Positions 1 to 10,334 of a DNA stretch of 64,000 nt are shown here, in pieces (the first letter of the stretch is position 1; each line of letters opens with the position of its first letter). Made by a program: the position numbers and the translations under genes. The stretch lies in NCBI GenBank assembly GCA_964035575.1, contig OZ037846.1:930001-994000 (forward strand), written 5' to 3'. Source of the stretch: Rhynchopus sp. YZ270_cl-10 (lineage: Eukaryota). The notes under the pieces are model-generated. The model had not been told where the DNA came from and did no database searches. It worked only from the letters and a program-made list of their open reading frames with translations.

Positions 1-407
1 TTTGCCCCCCTGCCAGTGGACCCCTGCATACACCTGCAGCTCGGCGAAGTTTTTTAGGCCTCGGAAAGGCCGGGTTTTCAGCTCCTGAGCGAATGCTTTG
101 GCTGCTGATTACATTTCCCCCTGTTGTGTTGTTCTATGGGTGGTTATATGGGTGTTTGTGAGGATTTCCTTGTATATCCTTAGTATTTACAGGTAAAATA
201 AGGGGACACATAGCTGTTGACATAGCTTTTCCTATCTAAATTAATACCTACTCGGAATTTTTCACCGTTTTTTTTTTTAATGAACTCAGAAACTTAACTC
301 TGAGTTCATTTTAAAAAAAAATCTTATAAAATACCAAAATTTTAATTAGTGAAATACCAATAAGCATGGATGTTAGCTTTAGGGGGGGGTCTTTCGCGGA
401 CGCTGCC

Positions 408-1010
408 ATATTTTGTGATCACAAGGTTGCTCATATTTGATGGGAGTGACACGAACCTGCAACTTCCGTTGTTGGGCATTGGGATTGCTTTTATTTTGCT
501 AAGCGTACACGTGGGGTGGGCTATGAGGCGTACACAAGGGATGTAGACACGAATCTTCCCGTTCAACTGAAAGACGGTTGCTGCACACTTTTTAAACACT
601 TTTTTCTCTTCCGAACTTGTCGTAAATGGACTGGTTATTCTTCAGTGACCTCCCAGGTACACAGCACTGGAACGTTCAGTTTGTAACTAGTGTGTCAAAC
701 ACCCCTGTTTTCAATACTTCGCACACCCCGTTGTCTTGGAGCTGATGTATCATCATTGCGGCCAGGTTCCTGTTCCCCCTCATCACATCACAGCACATCA
801 CATCACATCACTGCAGGTCTTTTTCTCAGGTCGTGGAACACAAGAAGGTGACTACCACCTTACCTACTCTCAGGCTTCGCATCGTAACAACGTCGGGTTG
901 GTACGTACCCAAAGCCACCCTTCTGTGCACCGTGCACCTACCTTGCCGCAAGCAACGTTGACAAATTCATTTCTTGTCACATTCTTCTGTTGTGTTGGCC
1001 TCGACAAACA
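408..1010 (+). repeat. Upstream block duplicated with the cyclase gene (second copy 3486-4088)
   Basis: About 600 bp near-identical at offset 3078. Confidence 0.9.
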
Positions 1011-3107
1011 ATGTGGCGGTGTTGTTGCGCATGGCTGGAGGCAGCGTTAACCCTGGACGGGACGGCAAGTCCAAAGGAAGTAAAGAAGCGACGGCTGTTC
1101 TTTTGGGTGACAGTCCTAGGTGTTATGACGTCTGTTCCAGACTATATTCTAATAAGCAATGACGTGCAGGACCGGTACATCAACATGGCGGCGGGAGCGA
1201 TGTACGTCCCGTTTGCTTTGTATTCCGGCTCGACGATCCTTCGTAAACACAAGCTAACGACACACGTTGTGGTCTTGGCATCATATGTAGTATCCGCCAG
1301 CATCTTGCTCTCAGACATCACGGCACGTACCATCAACCACTCTCTCTGGCCCGCCATAGTGATGGTTCTCGACTTCCTCATCGTGCTGGAAGTAGACGAA
1401 CGTTACAGTCTAGCGCTTGTGTGCTTCGTAGTCTTGTGGTTGATTGTCATGGGTCTTGAGGAGACGTATCGATTTGGCCTGTTCGACCTACCCGGCCTCC
1501 CCTCGCAGGAAGGTGAGCTCGGCAGGAGGGCGTACTACAGAGAGCTGACGGAGTGTGAGAAGCTGCCCTGTGCCACGGATCGGTTCATGAACACAGTGCT
1601 ACCCATCTGCGTGCTTGTCATCGACTTCATCGCAACGCGAGGCTTTGCTCGTGGTCTCCTGAAGGAGCAGGCATCAATGGAGCGGACAATCAACACCGTG
1701 CAGGAGATTGCGTCGTTGCTGGCTGGCTACGACGTGGAGCAGGTGGCGGAGCTGTTGAAGGTGCATGAGGGAGACCTGCCTGAGGGGATGACAGAGGCAC
1801 TGCGGAACTTGGAGGAGAACCTGCGGAAGTACCGTCCCTACCTCCCTGCTGCGCTGTTTGAGTCTGATGAGGGCGGTGTGCAGCAGCCGACTGTGGCACC
1901 GCCTGGGCTTGTCAGTGAGACAGCAACAATTGTGTTCACAGACATCCGTGCGTCGACGTCGATCTGGGAGAACGCACCTGAGGGGATGCGTGCTGGACTG
2001 CAGATCCACAACGCTGTGATGCGTGAGGTGATGCGGATGTGTGGTGGGCACGAGGTGAAGACCATTGGCGACGCATTCATGATTGCCTTTGCATCCACTT
2101 GCGACGGTGTGGCGTTTGGGTTGCGTGTGCAGGAACGTCTGTTTGAAGCAGACTGGCCTGCGTCTCTGCTTGAGGATGCACCAATCTGCTCTCGGCAGGG
2201 GTTGCTGTGGGGTGGTCTGACTGTGCGCATTGGTGTGAACACTGGCCCTGTGACTGTGGAGCAGAACACACTGACGGGACGGACAGACTACTTCGGACAC
2301 ACAGTGAACGTTGCATCACGCCTTGAGAGCACATGCACACCTGGTGCTGTGGCTTTGCCCTCTGACCTGTGGACGTCTGTCTCTGGGTCGTGCAGTGCTG
2401 TTGTTGGTGTGCCAGAGGCAGTTCACTTGAAGGGTGTGGCAGACAGCATGTTGGTGTGCTGTGTGTGGCCTGTCTCACTTGGGGGACGAAAGGGCACACC
2501 ACTTTGCGAGTCTGGATCGGCAGGTATGAAGATGGAGAGCAAAGGCTCGTCGTTAGCATCCAGCACTTCTTCGTTGCTGTTGCTCAACACAGCCCCACGA
2601 CAAGCCTCCGGCACTGTGGGAGTTGCACAGCTTGCAGTGGGTGACGTGGTGCACAACACAGCTTTTGACCACATGAGCTCAAGACTGACGACACTGACGA
2701 TCACACTGGAGCAGAGTGGAGGGAGTCTGGTGACGCTGCTTGGGAACTGTGTGTGTGTTGGGTGGAACGTGTCGCGATCTGCACCTGCACACATGGAGAA
2801 CGCGATACGGTTTGTGCAGCGCATGTCTGTGAAGTCTACACTGAACGGGGCTGGTCTTGCAAGCGGCCCTGTGCAGCACGGGGATGTTGGTGCACGGAGC
2901 CAGCGCTTTGTGACTGTGATGGGGGATGTTGTGCGTCGGAGTTGGGCGCTGTGCGAGGAGGCTGTGCGTGACGGGGTTGTGTGTCTGTACGAGCCTCCTG
3001 AAGGGACAACACTGCCTTCTGCACTTGAAGACGTTCTTGTCCGGCACAAGGGTTGTTACCGTGTCCTTGAGGTACAGGACAACGGAGGAAGGGAACGTGT
3101 GTTTTAA
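1011..3107 (+). CDS. Membrane-bound class III adenylate cyclase, array copy 1 (about 6 TM, coiled-coil/transducer, catalytic domain, degenerate second cyclase domain)
   Basis: Motifs IVFTDIRAST, EVKTIGDAFM, VRIGVNTG and DYFGHTVNVASRLES; six hydrophobic segments in the N-terminal ~220 aa; ATG at 1011 in frame with ORF 990..3107. Confidence 0.92.
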   Translation: MWRCCCAWLEAALTLDGTASPKEVKKRRLFFWVTVLGVMTSVPDYILISNDVQDRYINMAAGAMYVPFALYSGSTILRKHKLTTHVVVLASYVVSASILLSDITARTINHSLWPAIVMVLDFLIVLEVDERYSLALVCFVVLWLIVMGLEETYRFGLFDLPGLPSQEGELGRRAYYRELTECEKLPCATDRFMNTVLPICVLVIDFIATRGFARGLLKEQASMERTINTVQEIASLLAGYDVEQVAELLKVHEGDLPEGMTEALRNLEENLRKYRPYLPAALFESDEGGVQQPTVAPPGLVSETATIVFTDIRASTSIWENAPEGMRAGLQIHNAVMREVMRMCGGHEVKTIGDAFMIAFASTCDGVAFGLRVQERLFEADWPASLLEDAPICSRQGLLWGGLTVRIGVNTGPVTVEQNTLTGRTDYFGHTVNVASRLESTCTPGAVALPSDLWTSVSGSCSAVVGVPEAVHLKGVADSMLVCCVWPVSLGGRKGTPLCESGSAGMKMESKGSSLASSTSSLLLLNTAPRQASGTVGVAQLAVGDVVHNTAFDHMSSRLTTLTITLEQSGGSLVTLLGNCVCVGWNVSRSAPAHMENAIRFVQRMSVKSTLNGAGLASGPVQHGDVGARSQRFVTVMGDVVRRSWALCEEAVRDGVVCLYEPPEGTTLPSALEDVLVRHKGCYRVLEVQDNGGRERVF

Positions 3108-4088
3108 CGTTTTGTTGGTTTTGTAAGAGAAAACCGAATGGAGAAGAAACGTAGTGAGAGCGCAGCGGAAACGAGAGTGCGAATGCAACGAGCTTTTTTC
3201 ATAATGTTTTATTCTCCCCACAAAATATCACGCGCACAGCGAGTCCGTTATTTGTCTTTCTCAACGGAACCCTTTTTCAACTTCCCCCCCGGTATCACAT
3301 AGGATACTGTCTTTCCATGGATACACATGAAAAGAAGTTCCGTACTACTCACAGAACTCGAGACGCGATTGAGCGTATCTAACACTAACCAAAATAAAGG
3401 AAATTACAAGAAGAGAATAAGAAGTGCATGAAAATATACAAAAATAATATTGAACAAAGAGATTTTGACAAAGGGACAATCAACTATATTTTGTGATCAC
3501 AAGGTTGCTCATATTTGATGGGAGTGACACGAACCTGCAACTTCCGTTGTTGGGCATTGGGATTGCTTTTATTTTGCTAAGCGTACACGTGGGGTGGGCT
3601 ATGAGGCGTACACAAGGGATGTAGACACGAATCTTCCCGTTCAACTGAAAGACGGTTGCTGCACACTTTTTAAACACTTTTTTCTCTTCCGAACTTGTCG
3701 TAAATGGACTGGTTATTCTTCAGTGACCTCCCAGGCACACAGCACCGGAACGTTCAGTTTGTAACTAGTGTGTCAAACACCCCTGTTTTCAATACTTCGC
3801 ACACCCCGTTGTCTTGGAGCTGATGTATCATCATTGCGGCCAGGTTCCTGTTCCCCCTCATCACATCACAGCACATCACATCACATCACTGCAGGTCTTT
3901 TTCTCAGGTCGTGGAACACAAGAAGGTGACTACCACCTTACCTACTCTCAGGCTTCGCATCGTAACAACGTCGGGTTGGTACGTACCCAAAGCCACCCTT
4001 CTGTGCACCGTGCACCTACCTTGCCGCAAGCAACGTTGACAAATTCATTTCTTGTCACATTCTTCTGTTGTGTTGGCCTCGACAAACA

Positions 4089-6206
4089 ATGTGGCGGTGT
4101 TGTTGCGCATGGCTGGAGGCAGCGTTAACCTTGGACGGGACGGCAGGTCCGAAGGAGATTAAGAAGCGACGGCTGTTCTTCTGTGTGACAGTCCTAGCTG
4201 TTATTACGTCTGTTCCAGACTTTGTTCTAAATACGAAAGTGGTGGAGGACCGGTACGTAACCATTGCGGCGTACATGCTGTACACCCCCTTTGCTTTTTT
4301 TGCAGTGTTGACGATCCTCCGCAAGCGCAGGCTAACGACACACGTTGTGGTCGTCACATCATATGCTGTCGCCGCCAGCATCTTGCTCTCAGACATCACG
4401 GCACGTACCATCAACTACTCTCTCTGGCCCGCCATAGTGATGGTTCTTGACTTCCTCATCGTACTGGAAGAAGACGAACGTTACAGTCTAGCGCTTGTCT
4501 GCTTCACAGTCTTCTGGATTGTGTTGATGGGTCTTGAGGAGACGTATCGATTTGGCCTGTTCGACCTACCCGGCCTCCCCTCGCAGGAAGGTGAGCACGG
4601 CAGGAGGGCGTACTACAGAGAGCTGACGGAGTGTGAGAAGCTGCCCTGTGCCACGGATCGGTTCATGAACACAGTCACACCCATCTGCGTGCTTGTCATC
4701 GACTTCATCGCAACGCGAGGCTTTGCGCGTGGTCTCCGGAAGGAGCAGGCATCAATGGAGCGGACCATCAACACCGTGCAGGAGATTGCGTCGTTGCTGG
4801 CTGGCTACGACGTGGAGCAGGTGGCGGAGCTGTTGAAGGCGCATGGGGGTGACCTGCCTGAGGGGATGACAGAGGCACTGCGTAACTTGGAGGAGAACCT
4901 GCGGAAGTACCGTCCCTACCTCCCTGCTGCGCTGTTTGAGGCTGATGAGGGCGGTTTGCAGCAGCCGACTGTGGCACCGCCTGGGCTTGTCAGCGAGACA
5001 GCAACACTTGTGTTCACAGACATCCGTGCGTCGACGTCGATCTGGGAGATTGCACCTGAGGGGATGCGTGCTGGACTGCAGATCCACAACGCTGTGGTGC
5101 GTGAGGTGATGCGGATGTGTGGTGGGTACGAGGTGAAGACCATTGGCGACGCATTCATGATTGCCTTTGCATCCACTTGCGACGGTGTGGCGTTTGGGTT
5201 GCGTGTGCAGGAACGTCTGTTTGAAGCAGACTGGCCTGCGTCTCTGCTTGAGGATGCACCAATCTGCTCTCGGCAGGGGTTGCTGTGGGGTGGTCTGACT
5301 GTGCGCATTGGTGTGAACACTGGCCCTGTGACTGTGGAGCAGAACACATTGACGGGACGGACAGACTACTTCGGACACACAGTGAACGTTGCATCACGCC
5401 TTGAGAGCACATGCACACCTGGTGCTGTGGCTGTACCCTCTGACCTGTGGACGTCTGAGTGCTGGTCTGAGTCGTGCAGTGCTGTTGCTGGTGTGCCAGA
5501 GGCAGTTCACTTGAAGGGTGTGGCAGACAGCACGTTGGTGTGCTGTGTGTGGCCTGTCTCGCTTGGGGGACGAAGGGAGACACCACTCTGCGAGTATCCT
5601 GTAGCTGACAACGTTGAGAGTGTATGTGCGAGCAGCAAGTACTCATCCCTCGCCTCGAACACTTCCTTGCTATTGTTGCTCAACACAGCCCCACGACAAG
5701 CCTCCGGCACTGTGGGAGTTGCACAGCTTGCAGTGGGTGATGTGGTGCACAACACAGCTTTTGACCACATGAGCTCAAGACTGACGACACTGACGATCAC
5801 ACTGGAGCAGAGTGGAGGGAGTCTGGTGACGCTGCTTGGGAACTGTGTGTGTGTTGGGTGGAACGTGTCGCGATCTGCACCTGCACACATGGAGAACGCG
5901 ATACGGTTTGTGCAGCGCATGTCTGTGAAGTCTACACTGAACGGGGCTGGTCTTGCAAGCGGTCCTGTGCAGCACGGGGATGTTGGTGCACGGAGCCAGC
6001 GCTTTGTGACTGTGATGGGGGATGTTGTGCGTCGGAGTTGGGCGCTGTTCGAGGAGGCTGTGCGTGACGGGGTTGTGTGTCTGTACGAGCCTCCTGAAGG
6101 GACAACACTGCCTTCTGCACTTGAAGACGTTCTTGTCCGGCACAAGGGTAGTTGCTACATCGTTAGTGTGTCGCTCTCGCACCGCGAAGGAGAGAGTGTT
6201 TATTAG
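4089..6206 (+). CDS. Class III adenylate cyclase, array copy 2
   Basis: Same motifs; near-identical to copy 1 at a 3078-bp offset, including upstream DNA. Confidence 0.92.
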   Translation: MWRCCCAWLEAALTLDGTAGPKEIKKRRLFFCVTVLAVITSVPDFVLNTKVVEDRYVTIAAYMLYTPFAFFAVLTILRKRRLTTHVVVVTSYAVAASILLSDITARTINYSLWPAIVMVLDFLIVLEEDERYSLALVCFTVFWIVLMGLEETYRFGLFDLPGLPSQEGEHGRRAYYRELTECEKLPCATDRFMNTVTPICVLVIDFIATRGFARGLRKEQASMERTINTVQEIASLLAGYDVEQVAELLKAHGGDLPEGMTEALRNLEENLRKYRPYLPAALFEADEGGLQQPTVAPPGLVSETATLVFTDIRASTSIWEIAPEGMRAGLQIHNAVVREVMRMCGGYEVKTIGDAFMIAFASTCDGVAFGLRVQERLFEADWPASLLEDAPICSRQGLLWGGLTVRIGVNTGPVTVEQNTLTGRTDYFGHTVNVASRLESTCTPGAVAVPSDLWTSECWSESCSAVAGVPEAVHLKGVADSTLVCCVWPVSLGGRRETPLCEYPVADNVESVCASSKYSSLASNTSLLLLLNTAPRQASGTVGVAQLAVGDVVHNTAFDHMSSRLTTLTITLEQSGGSLVTLLGNCVCVGWNVSRSAPAHMENAIRFVQRMSVKSTLNGAGLASGPVQHGDVGARSQRFVTVMGDVVRRSWALFEEAVRDGVVCLYEPPEGTTLPSALEDVLVRHKGSCYIVSVSLSHREGESVY

Positions 6207-7450
6207 TCTTGCTTAGTTTTTTTTAAAATGTATACGGTAAGGACTTGCCAGCTGCAAGGAGGATTCCCGACAAAGCACCTCACCCCCCTCCCCGCAGTAA
6301 TGGCATTTTTTATTTTGGTGTTTATCTTAGGTGTTGACTGGAGTCCTACGCAGGCGCTCTCCGCGTCTATAGAACCCGCCAGTTATTTGCACAGAGTCCA
6401 CCGGAGATGTTGTGCGCAACTACCCCTTTAGCACGGGTTGATACTGCAGCGCGATCTTTGAGGCGTACCGGGTGGTGATTTCACTCTGGTTCTCAACAGT
6501 GTCCGTCTGCTGCCCAACGTAGTGTGTCTCTTTGTCCCCTTGAGAATGTGGACGAAGGAGTCACCACCACAAACCCCTGCTTGCCCCAGCTACACTGCAG
6601 CAGGCACACATGTTTCGCAGGGCACTTTCCCCTGCGTCGCTCGCCTTCTGGTGAACGCGACACCCCCCTTGTATAATATGCTCATGTTTTCTCTTTGTAC
6701 ATTCCGGATTTCTTTTCTCCAGGGCAATGTGCAGCTACCTTCCACTTGGACGACGTAGTCATTTTGTTTTTCATCCTTTCAGTTTATGTTTTATTTTTCT
6801 CCCTTACACGCACTGTTATTAGAACCCCGAATAGTTTTGCCAACGTTTTGATTGCCTGATACCGACTATTTTTGCCCTCTTTAAATCACATTACACCAAT
6901 TCGGATCTCACTGTTTTGGCTGCGTTCGGAAATAGTCTCCTTTCCTAGTCGTGTCATCAAGCTCAGATTGGCGACCGTAAAAGTCTGGTTTTTGACCAAT
7001 TTTTCAATTCGTTTTCATCCAAAATATGACACGGTATGGTGTGCGTCTGCAGCCAACCACTTCGTTGCTATTGTATCCCTGAGACATCGGGTGAAAATGT
7101 TTGTAGAAATTCTTGGAACCTGTGCTTTGAGGGTGACTCGGAAGTCACTCCCCTTAATTGACCTAAGGGGTTGACAATGTCTTGCCACGCCAGGAACAGT
7201 TATGCCGTCCGCGATCTACACTACAGACAAGCCACAAGGTTTCCTTTTTACACGTGTTGTTGGCTGCAGGGTACTTTGTGCTTTCCTTCCGGATGGCTGG
7301 CATCGTACAGTGGGTCAGTTGGAAGTGTCTGCATCAACCATTTATTTTTCTTGTTTAATTTCAGTCACCCCACCAAAACAAAGCCACTTCTCTTAAGTTT
7401 TTTTTTTGCGTTTCCAGCCCTCTTCCCAACCACTTAAATAAACCTTTTTT

Positions 7451-7618
7451 TGCCCACGACCTCATGCGGGAAGCTGTACGGTGATCCCAAGCTGCCCCTT
7501 TCCCCTCGCCCTTCTCACACACATCACTACAGAACTTTGACACATTTTGTACTCCCCGCTTTGTGAGCCACACCTTCCTCTGCTCCTTCACGCTGTTGGA
7601 CTGAAGTGAGTGTACACA
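7451..7618 (+). repeat. Shared 5' block of cyclase copies 3-5 (also ~10168-10334 and ~13542-13708), with a candidate splice acceptor CACATCACTACAG
   Basis: About 165 bp essentially identical in three places. Confidence 0.85.
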
Positions 7619-9715
7619 ATGTGGCGGTGTTGTTGCGCATGGCTGGAGGCTGCGTTCACCTTGGACGGGACGGCCGCACCCAAGGAGGTGAAGCGACGGA
7701 AGCTGTTCTTCTGGGTGATGTTTGTGGCAGTTGCGGCATCTGTTCCAGGCTTACTGTTAGACTACGAGACGCTGAAGGAGCGCTACATCCAGCAGCTGGC
7801 ATACCTGTTGTTTTTTTTAACGTCGTGCTTCGCATTTGCTAATATTCTCCGCAAAGCAAGACTCTCGACACCCATCGTAGTTGCCACTGCATGTGGGTGT
7901 GTCATTAGTGCGTGCCTGGTTGATTTCTCTTCACGCACGTTGAATCACAGCTTTTGGGTCTGCTTTGTAGTTGTTCTCGACTTCCTCATCGTGCTGCAAG
8001 TGGACGAGTGCTACAGCACGGCAGTTGTCTGCTTCGTAGTCTTCTGGGTGGTGTTGATGGGGCTAGAGGAGACAGAGCGATTTGGCCTGTTCGACCTACC
8101 CGGCCTCCCCTCGCAGGAAGGTGAGCACGGCAGGAGGGCGTACTACAGAGAGCTGACGGAGTGTGAGAAGCTGCCCTGTGCAGTTGGCAACATCGGACGG
8201 TTGGGTGTTCCCGTAGGCATATTTGTGTTAGACTTCGTCGCAACGCGAGGCTTTGCTCGTAATCTCCTGAAGGAGCAGGCATCAATGGAGCGGACCATCA
8301 ACACCGTGCAGGAGATTGCGTCGTTGCTGGCTGGCTACGACGTGGAGCAGGTGGCGGAGCTGTTGAAGGCGCATGAGGGTGACCTGCCTGAGGGGATGAC
8401 AGAGGCACTGCGTAACTTGGAGGAGAACCTGCGGAAGTACCGTCCCTACCTCCCTGCTGCGCTGTTTGAGTCTGATGAGGGCGGTTTGCAGCAGCCGACT
8501 GTGGCACCGCCTGGGCTTGTCAGCGAGACAGCAACAATTGTGTTCACAGACATCCGTGCTTCAACAGAGATCTGGGAGAACGCACCTGAGGGGATGCGTG
8601 CTGGACTGCAGATCCACAACGCTGTGGTGCGTGAGGTGATGCGGATGTGTGGTGGGTACGAGGTGAAGACCATTGGCGACGCATTCATGATTGCCTTTGC
8701 ATCCACTTGCGACGGTGTGGCGTTTGGGTTGCGTGTGCAGGAACGTCTGTTTGAAGCAGACTGGCCTGCGTCTCTGCTTGAGGATGCACCAATCTGCTCT
8801 CGGCAGGGGTTGCTGTGGGGTGGTCTGACTGTGCGCATTGGTGTGAACACTGGCCCTGTGACTGTGGAGCAGAACACATTGACGGGACGGACAGACTATC
8901 TTGGACACACAGTGAACGTTGCTGCACGTCTTGAGAGCACATGCACACCTGGTGCTGTAGCTGTACCCTCTGACCTGTGGACGTCTCAGTGCTGGTCGTG
9001 CAGTGCTGTTGTTGGTGCACAAGAGGCAGTTCACTTGAAGGGTGTGACAGACAGCACGTTGGTGTGCTGTGTGTGGCCTGTCTCACTTGGGGGACGAAAG
9101 GGCACACCACTCTGCGAGTCTGGATCTGCAGGTATGAAGAAGGAGAGCAAAGGCTCGTCATCAGCATCCAGCACTTCTTCGTTGTTGGCACACCCAACCA
9201 GGCAGGTCTCCGGCACTGTGGGAGTTGCACAACTTGCAGTGGGTGACGTGGTGCACAACACAGCTTTCCACTACATGAGTTCAAGACTCACAACACTGAC
9301 GATCACACTGGAGCAGAGTGGAGGGAGTCTGGTGACGCTGCTTGGGAACTGTGTGTGTGTTGGGTGGAACGTGTCGCGATCTGCACCTGCACACATGGAG
9401 AACGCGATACGGTTTGTGCAGCGCATGTCTGTGAAGTCTGCACTGAACGGTGCTGGTCTTGCAAGCGGTCCTGTGCAGCACGGGGATGTTGGTGCACGGA
9501 GCCAGCGCTTTGTGACTGTGATGGGGGATGTTGTGCGTCGGAGTTGGGCGCTGTGCGAGGAGGCTGTGCGTGACGGGGTTGTGTGTCTGTACGAGCCTCC
9601 TGAAGGGACAACACTACCGTCTGCACTTGAAGACGTTCTTGTCCGTTACAAGGGTTGTTACCGTGTCCTTGAGGCACAGGAAGACAGAGCAAGGGAATGC
9701 GACAACGTGCTTTAG
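7619..9715 (+). CDS. Class III adenylate cyclase, array copy 3
   Basis: Same catalytic motifs; different TM-region variant. Confidence 0.92.
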   Translation: MWRCCCAWLEAAFTLDGTAAPKEVKRRKLFFWVMFVAVAASVPGLLLDYETLKERYIQQLAYLLFFLTSCFAFANILRKARLSTPIVVATACGCVISACLVDFSSRTLNHSFWVCFVVVLDFLIVLQVDECYSTAVVCFVVFWVVLMGLEETERFGLFDLPGLPSQEGEHGRRAYYRELTECEKLPCAVGNIGRLGVPVGIFVLDFVATRGFARNLLKEQASMERTINTVQEIASLLAGYDVEQVAELLKAHEGDLPEGMTEALRNLEENLRKYRPYLPAALFESDEGGLQQPTVAPPGLVSETATIVFTDIRASTEIWENAPEGMRAGLQIHNAVVREVMRMCGGYEVKTIGDAFMIAFASTCDGVAFGLRVQERLFEADWPASLLEDAPICSRQGLLWGGLTVRIGVNTGPVTVEQNTLTGRTDYLGHTVNVAARLESTCTPGAVAVPSDLWTSQCWSCSAVVGAQEAVHLKGVTDSTLVCCVWPVSLGGRKGTPLCESGSAGMKKESKGSSSASSTSSLLAHPTRQVSGTVGVAQLAVGDVVHNTAFHYMSSRLTTLTITLEQSGGSLVTLLGNCVCVGWNVSRSAPAHMENAIRFVQRMSVKSALNGAGLASGPVQHGDVGARSQRFVTVMGDVVRRSWALCEEAVRDGVVCLYEPPEGTTLPSALEDVLVRYKGCYRVLEAQEDRARECDNVL

Positions 9716-10334
9716 TCGTGCTTGACTATGCTCTGTACAGTTGCAACCGAGCTTGTTTGGGGTTGCCAAGGGAGATGAAATGTGACATCTGTATTTCCTC
9801 CTGTTGGCCAGAGGGGTATGCGGGACAATTCTTTTAAGTCCTCAGGGAGGTCAACGACCCTGCCCCTACTAAATGCAAGTTAAACGCTGGCTGGGGTATA
9901 AATGCTGGGCAGTGGCTTCCCCATGCTATGAAGGGTGTTTGCAGAGCATGAAACAGAGACCAACAGTCAGGCAAGAGCTTGTTCTGACACACCAAGAGAG
10001 GGTGAGGTCCCACTGTTACCACAGTATGGGACGCAAAGCAAAGAGTGTTGTTGATCTTCCCCTCCTCTTTTTTTCTTTTTTTGCGCTCTTGTATGGATGC
10101 TGTGAAGAGTCGTGCTCTCGCATGAGAGTTGTCTTAAGCCAAACCAACGTTGGGGTACTTCTTGACTGCCCACGACCTCATGCGGGAAGCTGTACGGTGA
10201 TCCCAAGCTGCCCCTTTCCCCTCGCCCTTCTCACACACATCACTACAGAACTTTGACACATTTTGTACTCCCCGCTTTGTGAGCCACACCTTCCTCTGCT
10301 CCTTCACGCTGTTGGACTGAAGTGAGTGTACACA

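Noticed and set aside
342..1050. Duplicated small ORFs upstream of cyclases 1 and 2
   Set aside because: Non-ATG starts; conserved only as part of a recent segmental duplication
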